Origin: an uncultured cyanobacterium
GTDB lineage: Bacteria > Cyanobacteriota > Cyanobacteriia > Cyanobacteriales > Nostocaceae
Direction of reading: 5' to 3'
DNA: 64,000 bases
Assembly (NCBI GenBank): GCA_963706595.1
Contig: OY970166.1
Span: 3,168,001-3,232,000, forward strand
Shown: one piece after another, positions 10,946 through 21,911 of the stretch
Position numbering within the stretch: position 1 is the first letter of the stretch
Layout: each line of letters opens with the position of its first letter
The notes under the pieces: generated by a model
The model's database searches: none
What the model saw: the letters and a program-made list of their open reading frames with translations, nothing else
What the model was told of the DNA's origin: nothing
Made by a program: the position numbers and the translations under genes

Positions 10946-12544
10946 ATGGATTTAGTGGATAAAACAAAAAAAAGATTTGCATTGACAACACCCCTATATT
11001 ATGTAAATGATGTTCCTCACGTTGGCAGTGCTTACACAACAATAGCAGCAGATGTGGTGGCACGGTTTCACAGGCTCTCAGGGCATCAGGTATTACTGAT
11101 TACAGGTACAGATGAACACGGACAAAAAATTCAGCGTTCAGCAGAGAGTTTAGGGAAACCGCCACAAGAGTTTTGTGATCAAATCGTGCCTAGCTTTATC
11201 AAGTTATGGCAGTTATTAAATATTCAGTATGATCGCTTTAGTCGCACTACAGCGAACCGTCATGAAGCCATTGTCAAAGATTTCTTCTTGCGAGTCTGGG
11301 ACAAAGGCGACATCTACCAAGGTAAACAGAAAGGTTGGTACTGCGTATCCTGTGAAGAATTTAAGGAAGAACGGGAACTACTAGAAGGAAAGCGCTGCCC
11401 TATTCATATTAACAAGGAAGTTGAGTGGCGCGACGAGCAAAACTACTTTTTCCGTCTATCTAATTATCAAGCCCAACTCGAAGAGTTTTATCAATCTCGA
11501 CCAGATTTTATTCAACCAGAAAGCCGTAGAAATGAAGTCTTAAGCTTTGTCAGCCAAGGGTTACAGGATTTTTCTATTTCGCGAGTCAATCTGGACTGGG
11601 GTTTCCCTGTACCAGTTGATCCCCAGCATACCCTTTATGTCTGGTTTGACGCGTTGCTAGCTTATGTCACCGCTTTACTAGAACCAGATGCAGAACCAAC
11701 TTTAGCCAACGCCTTAGAAACTTGGTGGCCAATTAACCTGCATCTAATTGGTAAAGATATCCTCCGATTCCATGCAGTGTATTGGCCAGCCATGCTGATG
11801 TCGGCTGGTTTACCCTTACCAGATCAAGTATTTGGACATGGTTTTTTGACTAAAGATGGTCAAAAAATGGGTAAGTCTCTGGGTAATACCCTCGATCCTA
11901 TCGGGCTAGTTGAAAGTTATGGTAGTGATGCAGTTCGTTATTACTTCCTTAAGGAAATCGAATTTGGCAAAGATGGCGATTTTAATGAAGTTAGATTCAT
12001 TAATGTTTTGAATGCAGATTTGGCGAATGACTTAGGTAATTTGCTTAATCGCAGCTTAAACATGGTGAAGAAATACTGTAGTGATGGACTAACAATTGGA
12101 AATGAAGCCATTAATGACCAAAATCCTTTGAAAGCCATTGGTTTAACTCTAGGGGAACAGGTACAACAATCCTATCAAGCGCTAGCTTTCAACCAAGCCT
12201 GTGAAGCTACCCTTTTGCTGGTCCGAACCTGTAATAAGTTTATTGATGAACAAGCCCCTTGGTCACTATATAAACAAGGAAAGCAGCAGGAAGTGGAAAT
12301 AGTCCTGTACGCAGTTCTAGAATCTGTTAGACTAGCAGCTTATCTTTTGTCCCCAGTAATTCCCAATATCAGTAACGCTATTTATCAGCAACTGGGCTTT
12401 GGAATTGACTTTAATGATCAAATAAAAACTTCTATGCTTGCTCCTTTTGCTATCCATGCCAAATGGGGAGTACTAAGCAGTGAACAGTCTTTGGGTAAAC
12501 CACAACCCGTCTTTAAACGCATAGAAGTTCCCAAAAACGATTAG
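10946..12544 (+). CDS. metG: Methionyl-tRNA synthetase
   Basis: TTPLYYVNDVPHVG (HIGH-like), GTDEHGQKI, KMGKS. Confidence 0.97.
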   Translation: MDLVDKTKKRFALTTPLYYVNDVPHVGSAYTTIAADVVARFHRLSGHQVLLITGTDEHGQKIQRSAESLGKPPQEFCDQIVPSFIKLWQLLNIQYDRFSRTTANRHEAIVKDFFLRVWDKGDIYQGKQKGWYCVSCEEFKEERELLEGKRCPIHINKEVEWRDEQNYFFRLSNYQAQLEEFYQSRPDFIQPESRRNEVLSFVSQGLQDFSISRVNLDWGFPVPVDPQHTLYVWFDALLAYVTALLEPDAEPTLANALETWWPINLHLIGKDILRFHAVYWPAMLMSAGLPLPDQVFGHGFLTKDGQKMGKSLGNTLDPIGLVESYGSDAVRYYFLKEIEFGKDGDFNEVRFINVLNADLANDLGNLLNRSLNMVKKYCSDGLTIGNEAINDQNPLKAIGLTLGEQVQQSYQALAFNQACEATLLLVRTCNKFIDEQAPWSLYKQGKQQEVEIVLYAVLESVRLAAYLLSPVIPNISNAIYQQLGFGIDFNDQIKTSMLAPFAIHAKWGVLSSEQSLGKPQPVFKRIEVPKND

Positions 12545-12705
12545 TCTTTTTAATTTTTCATCATTTTTCGATTTTGTTCAATTTCTTAATTTTCTCAAAA
12601 ACCTGATCGGGGCTTAACTTATCAGCTCCGAAACCTTATCATAAGCCGTTCTAGCATAAAATCTCGGTAAATTCGTATCAAATATAACAAGCATAATAAT
12701 GAGGT

Positions 12706-13344
12706 ATGACAACAATGTTGAATAATTTGGAAAGTGACTCAATCTTTACACCGGAACAAGTGTTAGAGAATCGAGGTCGTGTAGCTATATTTATTGATGG
12801 TTCCAACCTATTTTATGCTGCATTACAACTGGGCATCGAAATTGACTACACAAAGCTACTATGCCGATTAACTGGCGGTTCTAGACTTTTGCGTTCTTTC
12901 TTTTATACTGGTGTAGACCGCACCAACGAAAAGCAGCAAGGGTTTCTGTTGTGGATGCGTCGCAATGGCTACCGAGTCATCGCTAAGGATTTAGTACAGT
13001 TACCTGATGGCTCGAAGAAAGCTAACCTGGATGTAGAAATTGCCGTAGATATGATGGCTTTGGTAGATTCCTATGATACCGCAGTTTTAGTCAGTGGTGA
13101 TGGGGATTTGGCTTATGCTGTCAATTCAGTTAGCTATCGTGGTGTGCGCGTTGAGGTTGTGAGTTTGCGCTCGATGACCAGTGATAGTTTAATCAATGTC
13201 AGCGATCGCTATATTGATTTAGAAGCCATCAAAGAAGATATTCAAAAAAACCCACGTCAAAGCTATCCATATCGACCTCTATCCAGCATGGGTTTTCTGG
13301 AAGATATGAGAGAGGCTGATCAACAGTTAGAAATCCAAGATTAA
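12706..13344 (+). CDS. NYN domain protein (LabA/DUF88 family)
   Basis: FIDGSNL, DVEIAVDM, LVSGDGD. Confidence 0.9.
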   Translation: MTTMLNNLESDSIFTPEQVLENRGRVAIFIDGSNLFYAALQLGIEIDYTKLLCRLTGGSRLLRSFFYTGVDRTNEKQQGFLLWMRRNGYRVIAKDLVQLPDGSKKANLDVEIAVDMMALVDSYDTAVLVSGDGDLAYAVNSVSYRGVRVEVVSLRSMTSDSLINVSDRYIDLEAIKEDIQKNPRQSYPYRPLSSMGFLEDMREADQQLEIQD

Positions 13345-14603
13345 TGAATTATCAAAAAGGTAGGCAGAAAAAGAGAGTAAATGGTGCTGAAAAAGGGCAG
13401 AATCGCCAAGATTTACCCAGATTATTGGCATCACTGTCTCTTAATTCTTTACAACTAAAAGCAAATTGGTTTTACCTGCCTTTAACTTTTTTATTGTTAC
13501 TTGGATTAGTTGCTTGTGGGGGGAAATCCCCCCCGACTTCTCAATCAAACGATGCTGATTCATCTCCCCAAGAAAGCAATTTAACCTTTTTTGATGTCAC
13601 TTTAGAACAAGCTGATGAAGTAGGAAGACCAGTTTGGAAAGTGCGATCTAAGAAGGCAATATACACCAAAGAAAAACAAATTGGTGAGGCGGAAAGTCCC
13701 GTTGGTGAACTATACCAAGATGGCAAACCGATTTACCAAATACAAGCAGATAAAGCAGATATTGAACAGGATGGTCAGAAGCTATTGCTGAAGGGCAAGA
13801 TCCTGGCGACAGACCCGGTAAATGGCATTGTATTGCGAGGTAATGAATTAGAATGGTTGCCTCAAGAAGATTTATTAATTGTCCGTAACCAATTAAATGG
13901 GACTCATAAACAATTAAAAGCAGTCGCGCAAGAAGCACGAGTTAAAACCCGTGAACAGCGCATAGAATTTTCTGGTGGCGTAATCGCTAATTCAGTTGAT
14001 CCGCAAATGCAAATGCGAAGTGAGACTTTAACTTGGCGGATTAAAGAAGAAACATTAACAAGCGATCGCCCCATCCAAATCGACCGTTACAATAATAATA
14101 AAATTACTGACAGTGGACAGGGAGACGCTGCCGAAGTCAACTTAAAAACTAAAATTGCTACTATCAAAAAAAATGCCCGGCTAGAATTAGTAGACCCACC
14201 GACGCAAATAGCTAGTAATTCTATGACCTGGGACATGAAAGCACAAACTGTGAAAACAAATTCCCCCATCACTGTTGTCCAGCGTGCCGAAAATGTGACT
14301 GTAACCGCTAATAAAGGCGAAATGAAAATACAGCAAAAAATTGTGAATTTAGCAGGTAATGTCACTGCTATAGGTCAACGTCGTCAGTCTCTCAAATCTA
14401 ATCTATTAAGTTGGTATCTGGACAAGAAATTATTAGAAGCGCAGGGAAATGTGATTTATCGTCAAGTTGACCCTCCCATAAATTTTACAGGTGAAACAGC
14501 CGTTGGTAATCTGCAAACAGAAGACATTGTAGTTAAAAGTGGTAAATCTGGTCGCAGAGTAGTCACAGAAATTATTCCTCGAGATTTAGGAAGTAGTAAT
14601 TAG
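13344..14603 (+). CDS. lptC: LPS export periplasmic protein LptC (cyanobacterial long form)
   Basis: Lipoprotein signal LVAC, repeated beta-jellyroll segments, metG-NYN-lptC order. Confidence 0.75.
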   Translation: MNYQKGRQKKRVNGAEKGQNRQDLPRLLASLSLNSLQLKANWFYLPLTFLLLLGLVACGGKSPPTSQSNDADSSPQESNLTFFDVTLEQADEVGRPVWKVRSKKAIYTKEKQIGEAESPVGELYQDGKPIYQIQADKADIEQDGQKLLLKGKILATDPVNGIVLRGNELEWLPQEDLLIVRNQLNGTHKQLKAVAQEARVKTREQRIEFSGGVIANSVDPQMQMRSETLTWRIKEETLTSDRPIQIDRYNNNKITDSGQGDAAEVNLKTKIATIKKNARLELVDPPTQIASNSMTWDMKAQTVKTNSPITVVQRAENVTVTANKGEMKIQQKIVNLAGNVTAIGQRRQSLKSNLLSWYLDKKLLEAQGNVIYRQVDPPINFTGETAVGNLQTEDIVVKSGKSGRRVVTEIIPRDLGSSN

Positions 14604-14662
14604 GAAGAAGCAGATGTGCAAGGGACTGAGGAATGAATAAGCAAACTCTCAGAAATAAAAGC

Positions 14663-14838
14663 TATAGCAGTCCTAAATCATTTCTGAACCTCTTTACTTC
14701 TTCGCTTGGCGACCTTGGCGACTAAAGCCCTGGGGGCATACGCTGCGCGTAAAGCCTACGGCATAGCTACGCTTAACGCGTAGCGTCTCGTAAGAGAAGG
14801 AGGTTCGATAAATTCATAAATCAAATAGGATGGCTATA
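14663..14838. mobile_element. MITE (TIR TATAGCAGTCCTAAATCATTT / AAATCAAATAGGA..CTATA) carrying several nested small dispersed repeats
   Basis: Inverted termini visible; second copy at 36118-36243. Confidence 0.75.
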
Positions 14839-14854
14839 ATTCCTAAATTACGAA

Positions 14855-16192
14855 TTACGAATTAGTCTTATTTGCGCCTAACAAAATTTCGTTACGACTA
14901 GCCGCACCCAATTCCGGTGAAAAATATTTAGGAGAGTGGGGAGTAATAGTAGAGGGAGTATTGGGAGCTACTGCTAACTGGTTGACAAGAGTTTGTAAAA
15001 GCTTATCTTGATTAGTGCGGAAAGCTGATACTTGTGGTCCACGGTTAATAATAGCAAACCACACCAAACCGCGATCGCGTGTAGGAATGACTCCAGCTAA
15101 AGCGCTCACCTCCCGCAAAGTACCAGTTTTCATCACAGTAGCATGAGGCATATTTCTATACTGCACTGTGCCGCGACGGTCAAATCCAGAGGCTGGAAAC
15201 AAATCAGCCACATTAATTTTATGGGTGGCGGCTTCCCGTTGAATTGCCATTAACATCGCACAGGCGGCTCTGGGAGAAATGCGATTGTCTACTCCTAATC
15301 CTGAACCATTGATTAACTGAATTTCTGCTTCTGGTACTCCAGCCAATTTAGCAGCTTTCAATTGCATTACAGCCGCTCCTCCTACGGATTCCGCCAACAT
15401 TTCTGCCATGACGTTGTTACTGAAAACGTTCATTTCCTTAATTAGTTGCTGCAAAGGTAAAGAACGGCGGCGCACCAGTAGGGTTTGTTGGGGATTTGGT
15501 TGGATTGCTAATTTCACACTCCCCGCAATCACAACTTGAGGCTTGGCTGTTCCCCTCGGCATGATTGAATAGATGTAATTTGCCGGACGAGTCCAAGTGG
15601 TGTGATTCAGTGCTTGCTTGAGCATCTGCCCAGCTAATATGGGATTTGGTTCAAAATTCATGGCGAAATTGCCGTTTATGAGCAAATTTCCCTTGACTTG
15701 CTTAATACCCATTTTATTCAGAGTATTACCCAATGCGATCGCCTCTTCCCAAACAAACATCGGATCACCACCGCCGGTAATCACCAAATCACCCTGTAAT
15801 ACCCCTTTAACTATTGGTCCTGTAGTGCTGACCAAAGTTTCAAATTGGTGTTCTGGTCCCCAAGTTTTCAACGCCACAAGTGAAGTAGCAATCTTAGTTA
15901 AAGAAGCCGCAGGTAGAGGAGTTGTACCTTGATGATTAGCCATCAACATTGGTCCCGACTGCATCCAAATACCTTGACTCTCGGCTAAATTTGCCGCCAC
16001 CAATTTTGCCGAAATCAATGCTTGCAAATATTGCTGGACTGTAGTAGAACCGGCTGGATTTGGATCAGGTGCTAGAACCAAGCCAGGGCTACTTTGCCAA
16101 GCTAATGCCTGTAGGGCTTCTGTCGGCTTAATTTGTACCCCAGCCATTTCCAGCCACAAAGAAACTAAACCTGAACCCAATAATTCCAGCAT
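14855..16192 (-). CDS. D-Ala-D-Ala carboxypeptidase/endopeptidase (peptidase S13, PBP4-like)
   Basis: PAASLTK (SxxK), SNN and KTGT motifs; likely start MLELLG at 16192. Confidence 0.88.
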   Translation of the reverse strand: MLELLGSGLVSLWLEMAGVQIKPTEALQALAWQSSPGLVLAPDPNPAGSTTVQQYLQALISAKLVAANLAESQGIWMQSGPMLMANHQGTTPLPAASLTKIATSLVALKTWGPEHQFETLVSTTGPIVKGVLQGDLVITGGGDPMFVWEEAIALGNTLNKMGIKQVKGNLLINGNFAMNFEPNPILAGQMLKQALNHTTWTRPANYIYSIMPRGTAKPQVVIAGSVKLAIQPNPQQTLLVRRRSLPLQQLIKEMNVFSNNVMAEMLAESVGGAAVMQLKAAKLAGVPEAEIQLINGSGLGVDNRISPRAACAMLMAIQREAATHKINVADLFPASGFDRRGTVQYRNMPHATVMKTGTLREVSALAGVIPTRDRGLVWFAIINRGPQVSAFRTNQDKLLQTLVNQLAVAPNTPSTITPHSPKYFSPELGAASRNEILLGANKTNS

Positions 16193-16365
16193 ACTTGATT
16201 CCTCTAAATTGTTTCCTGTGCTAATATACAAGCTTTTTGAGCATAATCAGCAGGATGGGTTGCGCGGCACAACAACGCACCATCTGGATAGATTATGTTA
16301 CTAATTTTTTCACACATTGGATAATACTGATGGAGGAAACAAAGACTGCGATCGCTAGATGAAAT

Positions 16366-17451
16366 TTACTTTCTTTCTGGATGTGCCTTTTCTTCCACAG
16401 AAGGAGTACCCATCTGGTTAATTACCGCAATCATTTGATACAAACGACCCAAATCACGTTGGTTAAAATACAACACCAAGCGGGGTAGTTCTGCTGTCTC
16501 ATCTTGGTTTTCTGGAGGTAAAGCTTGACTTTTGGCAATTTTTCCTTTCACCAGAATGTCGCTAAAGTCAGCATTTAACTTCTCCACCGCCGCATCTGAT
16601 AAATCTGCTGACAGACGAATTACTAACTGCTCCCCGACATAGCGGCTAGAGTGATAAACTCGATAAAAACCAGTAATCGCATTACAAGCTACTTCCAGGT
16701 TATCTGTGACTGTATAAAGGCTGGGATCTTCAGGACTCACAAGACCTTTTTGCACCAGTTGCTGATTAATATATTCGCTCCAAGACCGCCAGTAATCGCC
16801 ACCAGGATGATCAATTAAAACTACAGGAACAGGGCCAAATTTACCCGTTTGGCTTAAAGTCATACATTCAAAAGCTTCATCTTGAGTGCCAAAACCCCCA
16901 GGAAATAAGGCCACTGCATCACTTTCTTTGAGAAGAAACAGTTTGCGGGTAAAGAAATACTTAAAATGAATCAGCTTAGGATCACCCTCAATAAATGGGT
17001 TAGCTTGCTGCTCAAAGGGTAACTGAATATTTAAGCCAAAGGAATTATCTCGCCCAGCGCCTTCGTGTCCCGCCTGCATAATACCGCCGCCGCCGCCTGT
17101 CATGACCATAAATCCTAACTGACAAACAATACGAGCAAACTCAAGAGCCATCTGATACTCTGGTGTTGCTGGCGATAGACGAGCCGAACCAAAAATAGTT
17201 ACTTTGCGGACGTGTCGGTAGTCATAAAATAACTGGAAACCTCGTTCCATATCTGCTAACGCAGATGACAATATTTTCCAGTCAAGACGTTCAATTTCAC
17301 TTTCAGCCAGACGCACTATAGTAGACAGCGCCTGCTGAATCAGTTGCTGATTTTTTAACGTTGGTAAACGATCAAATAGTTCAGCGATATCTGCTTGGAG
17401 AGTCTCTAATGTGTCAAACGACGCGGGTGAGGTCATGAGAACTGTCGCCAC
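16366..17451 (-). CDS. LOG family nucleotide phosphoribohydrolase
   Basis: VTIFGSAR, TGGGGGIM, FPGGFGTQDE. Confidence 0.88.
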   Translation of the reverse strand: MATVLMTSPASFDTLETLQADIAELFDRLPTLKNQQLIQQALSTIVRLAESEIERLDWKILSSALADMERGFQLFYDYRHVRKVTIFGSARLSPATPEYQMALEFARIVCQLGFMVMTGGGGGIMQAGHEGAGRDNSFGLNIQLPFEQQANPFIEGDPKLIHFKYFFTRKLFLLKESDAVALFPGGFGTQDEAFECMTLSQTGKFGPVPVVLIDHPGGDYWRSWSEYINQQLVQKGLVSPEDPSLYTVTDNLEVACNAITGFYRVYHSSRYVGEQLVIRLSADLSDAAVEKLNADFSDILVKGKIAKSQALPPENQDETAELPRLVLYFNQRDLGRLYQMIAVINQMGTPSVEEKAHPERK

Positions 17452-17765
17452 AATGGCATTACATTTTACCAGATTTTGGAATTCAGGTTACAACTGCTTC
17501 ACGCGGTAGTTAGGGACTGACCAAAAGAGGCAGGGGAGAAGAGGCAGGGGAGAAGAGGCAGGGGTGCAGGGGGCAGGGAGCAGGGGGGAGTTAGCAATTG
17601 CTTTAAACTTCCTTACTTACCCTGTTCCTCTTCTTTGACATGGTTTACCACAAAAAAAAGTTGTCTTGAGACGCGAAAACTCGCGTCTCACCAACTTTTT
17701 CACAAATATTTACCTAAATCTAAAGCAAATGGCCGATTCAAAAGGATTTGGCTACCAATTGAGTT

Positions 17766-18089
17766 TCAAAGATATTTTTCCAAAGTAGTAGCTAATGTAG
17801 TTTTAGGCACTGCACCGACTACCATATCAACTTTTTCCCCATTTTTAAAAATCATTAAAGTGGGGATGCTGCGGATGCCATACTGACTGGCGACATTAGG
17901 ATTTTCATCAGTATTGACTTTCACAACCTTGATTTGACCTTCATACTGACCGGCAATTTCCTCTACAACAGGAGCTACCATGCGGCAAGGACCGCACCAG
18001 GGGGCCCAGAAGTCAACTAAAACTGGTACATCGCTTTCGAGTACTTCTTGCTTAAAACTAGAATCTGTAACTTGTTCGGCTGCTGTCAT
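17766..18089 (-). CDS. trxA: Thioredoxin (m-type)
   Basis: WCGPC active site. Confidence 0.95.
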   Translation of the reverse strand: MTAAEQVTDSSFKQEVLESDVPVLVDFWAPWCGPCRMVAPVVEEIAGQYEGQIKVVKVNTDENPNVASQYGIRSIPTLMIFKNGEKVDMVVGAVPKTTLATTLEKYL

Positions 18090-18211
18090 GCCTAAAAACC
18101 TTTGCCAATTATATTTCTGAGTTTGGTGAAAATTCTACCATAGCAAAAACAGCCGCTCAGAAGTCAAAAATGTACATTTGCAACGAAACTAAAGAAATTA
18201 TGCATAAACAT

Positions 18212-18281
18212 AAGGAACCGCCCAGACAATAGTCCGGGCGGAGTGTGGTGTGAGGAGTGAACGGAAACATCTGTCTCCGCT
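18212..18281 (-). ncRNA. yfr1: Yfr1 small RNA
   Basis: Minus strand reads GCGGAGAC..GTTTCCGT hairpin, the ultraconserved ACTCCTCACAC, then CCGCCCGGAC..GTCTGGGCGG terminator; canonical position between guaB and trxA; TACAAT -10 at 18288-18293. Confidence 0.93.
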
Positions 18282-18430
18282 ATCTCTATTGTAGGCGACA
18301 TATCGGATTTTTCCAGAGATTGTTTAAGAGTCTGGAAAAATTTTTTATGAAGAATTTGAGTTTGGACATGGGGAACAGTAAATATTTTATTTCTTACTAG
18401 TGATTTATGCCTCCCTATTGCCCATTTTCT

Positions 18431-19594
18431 TTATTTACCCATGCCTAATTGTTGGGCTTTTTGGTATACTTTGCCTTCAGTTAGTAGGGAAGGTGCAATT
18501 ACCACTTCAACTTTCTGCATTTCTTTAATGTTTTTGGCTCCTAATGTCCCCATGCTAGTTTTCAAAGCTCCCACAAGGTTATGAGTACCATCATCTAGTC
18601 CGGCGGGACCGATGAGTATTTGCTCTAGGCTGCCAGTTGTGCCAACGCTAATGCGGGTTCCACGGGGTAGGACTGGGCTAGGAGTTGCCATTCCCCAATG
18701 ATAGCCCCTGCCTGGAGCTTCGGCGGCTCTGGCAAAGGGAGAACCAATCATCACTCCATCTGCACCACAGGCGATGCACTTGCAAATGTCGCCACCGGTA
18801 ATTAAACCGCCATCGGCAATGATGGGAATGTAGTTACCAGTTTCCTGATAATAATCATCTCTGGCGGCGGCACAATCTGCGATCGCAGTTGCTTGTGGTA
18901 TACCCACACCCAAAACGCCACGAGAGGTACAAGCCGCACCAGGTCCAATTCCCACTAATACCGCAGCCGCCCCAGCTTTTAACAAATTCAACGTAACTTC
19001 ATAAGTTACGCAATTCCCCAAAGCCACGGGGATGGGCATAGAACGGCAAAATTCCGCCAAATCGAGGGGAACTATTGACTCTGGCGATAAATGTGCCGTA
19101 GAGACTACTGTAGCCTGGACAAAAAATAAATCTGCCCCAGCTTTTGCTACTATCTCACCATATTTACTAGCTGCGGCTGGCGTAGCACTTACCGCCGCAA
19201 TGCCGCCTTGTTGTTTAATTTCCTGAATACGTTTTTCAATTAATTCCGGCTTTATGGGTTCGGCATAGAGTTCTTGCATCAAGGACACAAACTCACTTTT
19301 ACCGACTGAGGCGATTCGATCTAAAATCGGCTCTGGGTCAGCATAGCGAGTTTGGATACCTTCTAAGTTGATGACTCCTAATGCTCCTAACTGTGACAGT
19401 TTTACAGCCATCTTGACATCGACTACGCCATCCATTGCGCTGGCAATTATTGGGATTTCTCGCTCAATATTGCCAATAGTCCACTTCGTATCTGCCAGAC
19501 TCGGATCGAGTGTTCTGTTACCAGGGACTAGAGCAATTTCATCAATTCCATAAGCTCTACGAGCTGTTTTTCCCCGCCCAAGTTGAATTTCCAC
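18431..19594 (-). CDS. guaB: IMP dehydrogenase (GuaB3-type)
   Basis: [21 protein letters not shown]. Confidence 0.92.
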   Translation of the reverse strand: MEIQLGRGKTARRAYGIDEIALVPGNRTLDPSLADTKWTIGNIEREIPIIASAMDGVVDVKMAVKLSQLGALGVINLEGIQTRYADPEPILDRIASVGKSEFVSLMQELYAEPIKPELIEKRIQEIKQQGGIAAVSATPAAASKYGEIVAKAGADLFFVQATVVSTAHLSPESIVPLDLAEFCRSMPIPVALGNCVTYEVTLNLLKAGAAAVLVGIGPGAACTSRGVLGVGIPQATAIADCAAARDDYYQETGNYIPIIADGGLITGGDICKCIACGADGVMIGSPFARAAEAPGRGYHWGMATPSPVLPRGTRISVGTTGSLEQILIGPAGLDDGTHNLVGALKTSMGTLGAKNIKEMQKVEVVIAPSLLTEGKVYQKAQQLGMGK

Positions 19595-19724
19595 GCTTTA
19601 ACTTTTCTCAAATCTGTTTAAGCTAGGGTATCAAATTGTGAGGGGATTTGGAGCGTTTTTTTTGGTCAGCAACCACTAATTTTTAGAAGATAAGAGTCTG
19701 GAGAAAAATTTTAACTTGCATGAT

Positions 19725-19902
19725 CAGGACGGGCAAGACTTGTACTGAGCTTGTCGTTCGCGTAGCGTGGCGTTAGCCATAGTATGCCCATCCCACGAAA
19801 TTTTCAGTCAAAATTATGTTTTGTAGGGTGTGTTGTCGCGTAGCGCAACGCACCATCTTCAATTCTCGGTGCGTTAGGACTAGCGTCCATAACGCACCCT
19901 AC
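19725..19902. repeat. Cluster of nested REP-like palindromes and small dispersed repeats
   Basis: GGACGGGCA..TGCCCATCC palindrome interrupted by CTGAGCTTGTCG..AGTA, itself interrupted by a 24-nt GCGTAGCG element; followed by a GTAGGGTG..CACCCTAC REP pair. Confidence 0.75.
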
Positions 19903-19939
19903 AGGTTCGTTCACTGATAACTGTTAACTGTTCACTGAA

Positions 19940-21892
19940 TTAACCTATTTCTTTGTTGTTTTGGCTGGAGTTTGGTGTTGGGTTATGAACTAAAGAGAGA
20001 TTACTATCTGTGTCAGTTTTTATTGGGTGATTATTACGGACTAATTGGCTAATTTGACCGATTAATTCGCCTAATTTACCTTCATCAAGGAGGGTGTTGA
20101 TTAAGGAAAGTCCACTGGTAGATAGCATTAATTTGTTAATATCTTGAGCGCCATTACTGCCGTTTGCGCCAGGGAATGAGTAAATTCGAGTATCTCCTAA
20201 AACTCCTGGTTGTGGGGCTAGGGCTGTGAGAATTTCTGGGAGTTTAGCAGCTAATTCTGGCCAAATTGTGGTCAGTAGTTGGGCTGTCAGGTTGGCGTTA
20301 CTAATGGTATTTTCGGCGGCTATTTTAACTTTGATGGCTTCGGCTTCTGCTAAAACTTTATCGCGGTTAGCTGCGGCGAGGATACGAATGGCCTCTGCTT
20401 CTAATTCTGCGGCTTCTTGGGCGATTTCTGCTTGACGACGACGGCGGAAGGCATCGATTTCAACAACGTTGCGATCGCTTATACTCCGTTGTTGGGCTTC
20501 TCTTTCGGCTGCAATTGTGGATAACCGCTTGTTACGTTCGGCTTTTTCGATTTCCCCGGCTGTCTGCACGGATGCTTCGGCTGTGGCTTGTTCTGCTTGG
20601 GCGAGAAAGCTTTCACGTTTTTTCACAGAAATAGCAATTTCTAAATCTTCTTGAGCAATTCGTGCTAGTTTTTCTGACTCCACTATCTCCACTTGAGCTT
20701 TGAGTCTACCAGCATCTACCTTCTGTTTCCGGAAAATTTCCGCAATTTCTGCTTCTTGTTTTTGCAGTGATTGTGATACCTTTAAATGTTTATTGCGTTC
20801 TTCGAGGGCAATATCAGCTTCAATTTGGCTTTGTTGCAAAGATAATTTTCGGCGAATTTCTTCTTCTTCAACTGATTTTTCTTGCAAAATTCTACTGCGT
20901 TGAATCGCTGCGGCTTCTTTATCTTTTGCTTCTTGGATTTCCCGTTCTCGCTGTGCCTTGAGTGCCTCTACTTGAAATCTTTGCTCTAATTTAGCACTTT
21001 CTTGTTCTTGGGCAATTTGGAGCGATCGCTTTTGGGCATCTAGTTCTTTTTGCTCTATTGCTACTTGACTTGTTAATTCAACTTCTCGTTTTTGTTGAAT
21101 TGAACGCTGAATAATTTCTGTTCTTAAACGCACACCTTGGGCATCAAAGAAACTATCAGGATCATAAGTAACGCTTTCTAAGATTTCCGAAATGGCAATA
21201 TTATTGAGAGTTAGCCCAACTTTCTTCAAATCTGGTCCCACTAAATTCAATACTTCTTGGGCAAACCCCAATTTATCAGAATCTATTTCTGCGATTTCTT
21301 TGGTTTTAGCTGCGGCTCTAATGGCATCATCTGCCCGTTTGTCTAAAGCTTTTTTAATGTCATCAGAAGTAATTATAGTACCACTTTGAGATAATTTTGC
21401 TGCTGCTGTCAAAACATCTTCTTCTGAGGCATTGATACAGACATAAAATGTGACTTTAATATCTGCTCTCAAATAATCTTTAGTCCGCACAGCCATTGTT
21501 CCAGTGCGTTCTACATCAATGGAAATTTCTCGCAGAGGTACACGGGTGAGTTGATGAAATCCCGGTAAAACAATGCAACCACCATAAAGAATCACCGATT
21601 TCTTTTTGGTAAATAAACCCCCAGTCCTGACAAAAGCTTCGTTGTTGGGTGTGACTACATAAATTCTTGTGTAAGCATATAAGCTCAATAGCAACAAGAA
21701 AATTAAACCACCGATAATTCCTGGTAATACTAAGCCATTATTGATTTGAGCGATAGTAGGCTGAACTGTAATTGGTGAGATACTTTGAGCGAGTGTTGTA
21801 GTTTGCTGCTGTTTTGGTTGTAACTGAATCTTGGGAATTTCTGATACAGGAATAGTTGGTAAAGACTGGATAAAAGTTAACCAAAATAACAT
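19940..21892 (-). CDS. Flotillin/SPFH protein (YqiK-like)
   Basis: TM helix, PNNEAFVRTGG SPFH start, long EA/QK-rich coiled coil, FFDAQG motif. Confidence 0.88.
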   Translation of the reverse strand: MLFWLTFIQSLPTIPVSEIPKIQLQPKQQQTTTLAQSISPITVQPTIAQINNGLVLPGIIGGLIFLLLLSLYAYTRIYVVTPNNEAFVRTGGLFTKKKSVILYGGCIVLPGFHQLTRVPLREISIDVERTGTMAVRTKDYLRADIKVTFYVCINASEEDVLTAAAKLSQSGTIITSDDIKKALDKRADDAIRAAAKTKEIAEIDSDKLGFAQEVLNLVGPDLKKVGLTLNNIAISEILESVTYDPDSFFDAQGVRLRTEIIQRSIQQKREVELTSQVAIEQKELDAQKRSLQIAQEQESAKLEQRFQVEALKAQREREIQEAKDKEAAAIQRSRILQEKSVEEEEIRRKLSLQQSQIEADIALEERNKHLKVSQSLQKQEAEIAEIFRKQKVDAGRLKAQVEIVESEKLARIAQEDLEIAISVKKRESFLAQAEQATAEASVQTAGEIEKAERNKRLSTIAAEREAQQRSISDRNVVEIDAFRRRRQAEIAQEAAELEAEAIRILAAANRDKVLAEAEAIKVKIAAENTISNANLTAQLLTTIWPELAAKLPEILTALAPQPGVLGDTRIYSFPGANGSNGAQDINKLMLSTSGLSLINTLLDEGKLGELIGQISQLVRNNHPIKTDTDSNLSLVHNPTPNSSQNNKEIG

Positions 21893-21911
21893 GATTTTGC
21901 GCCCTAATTAT

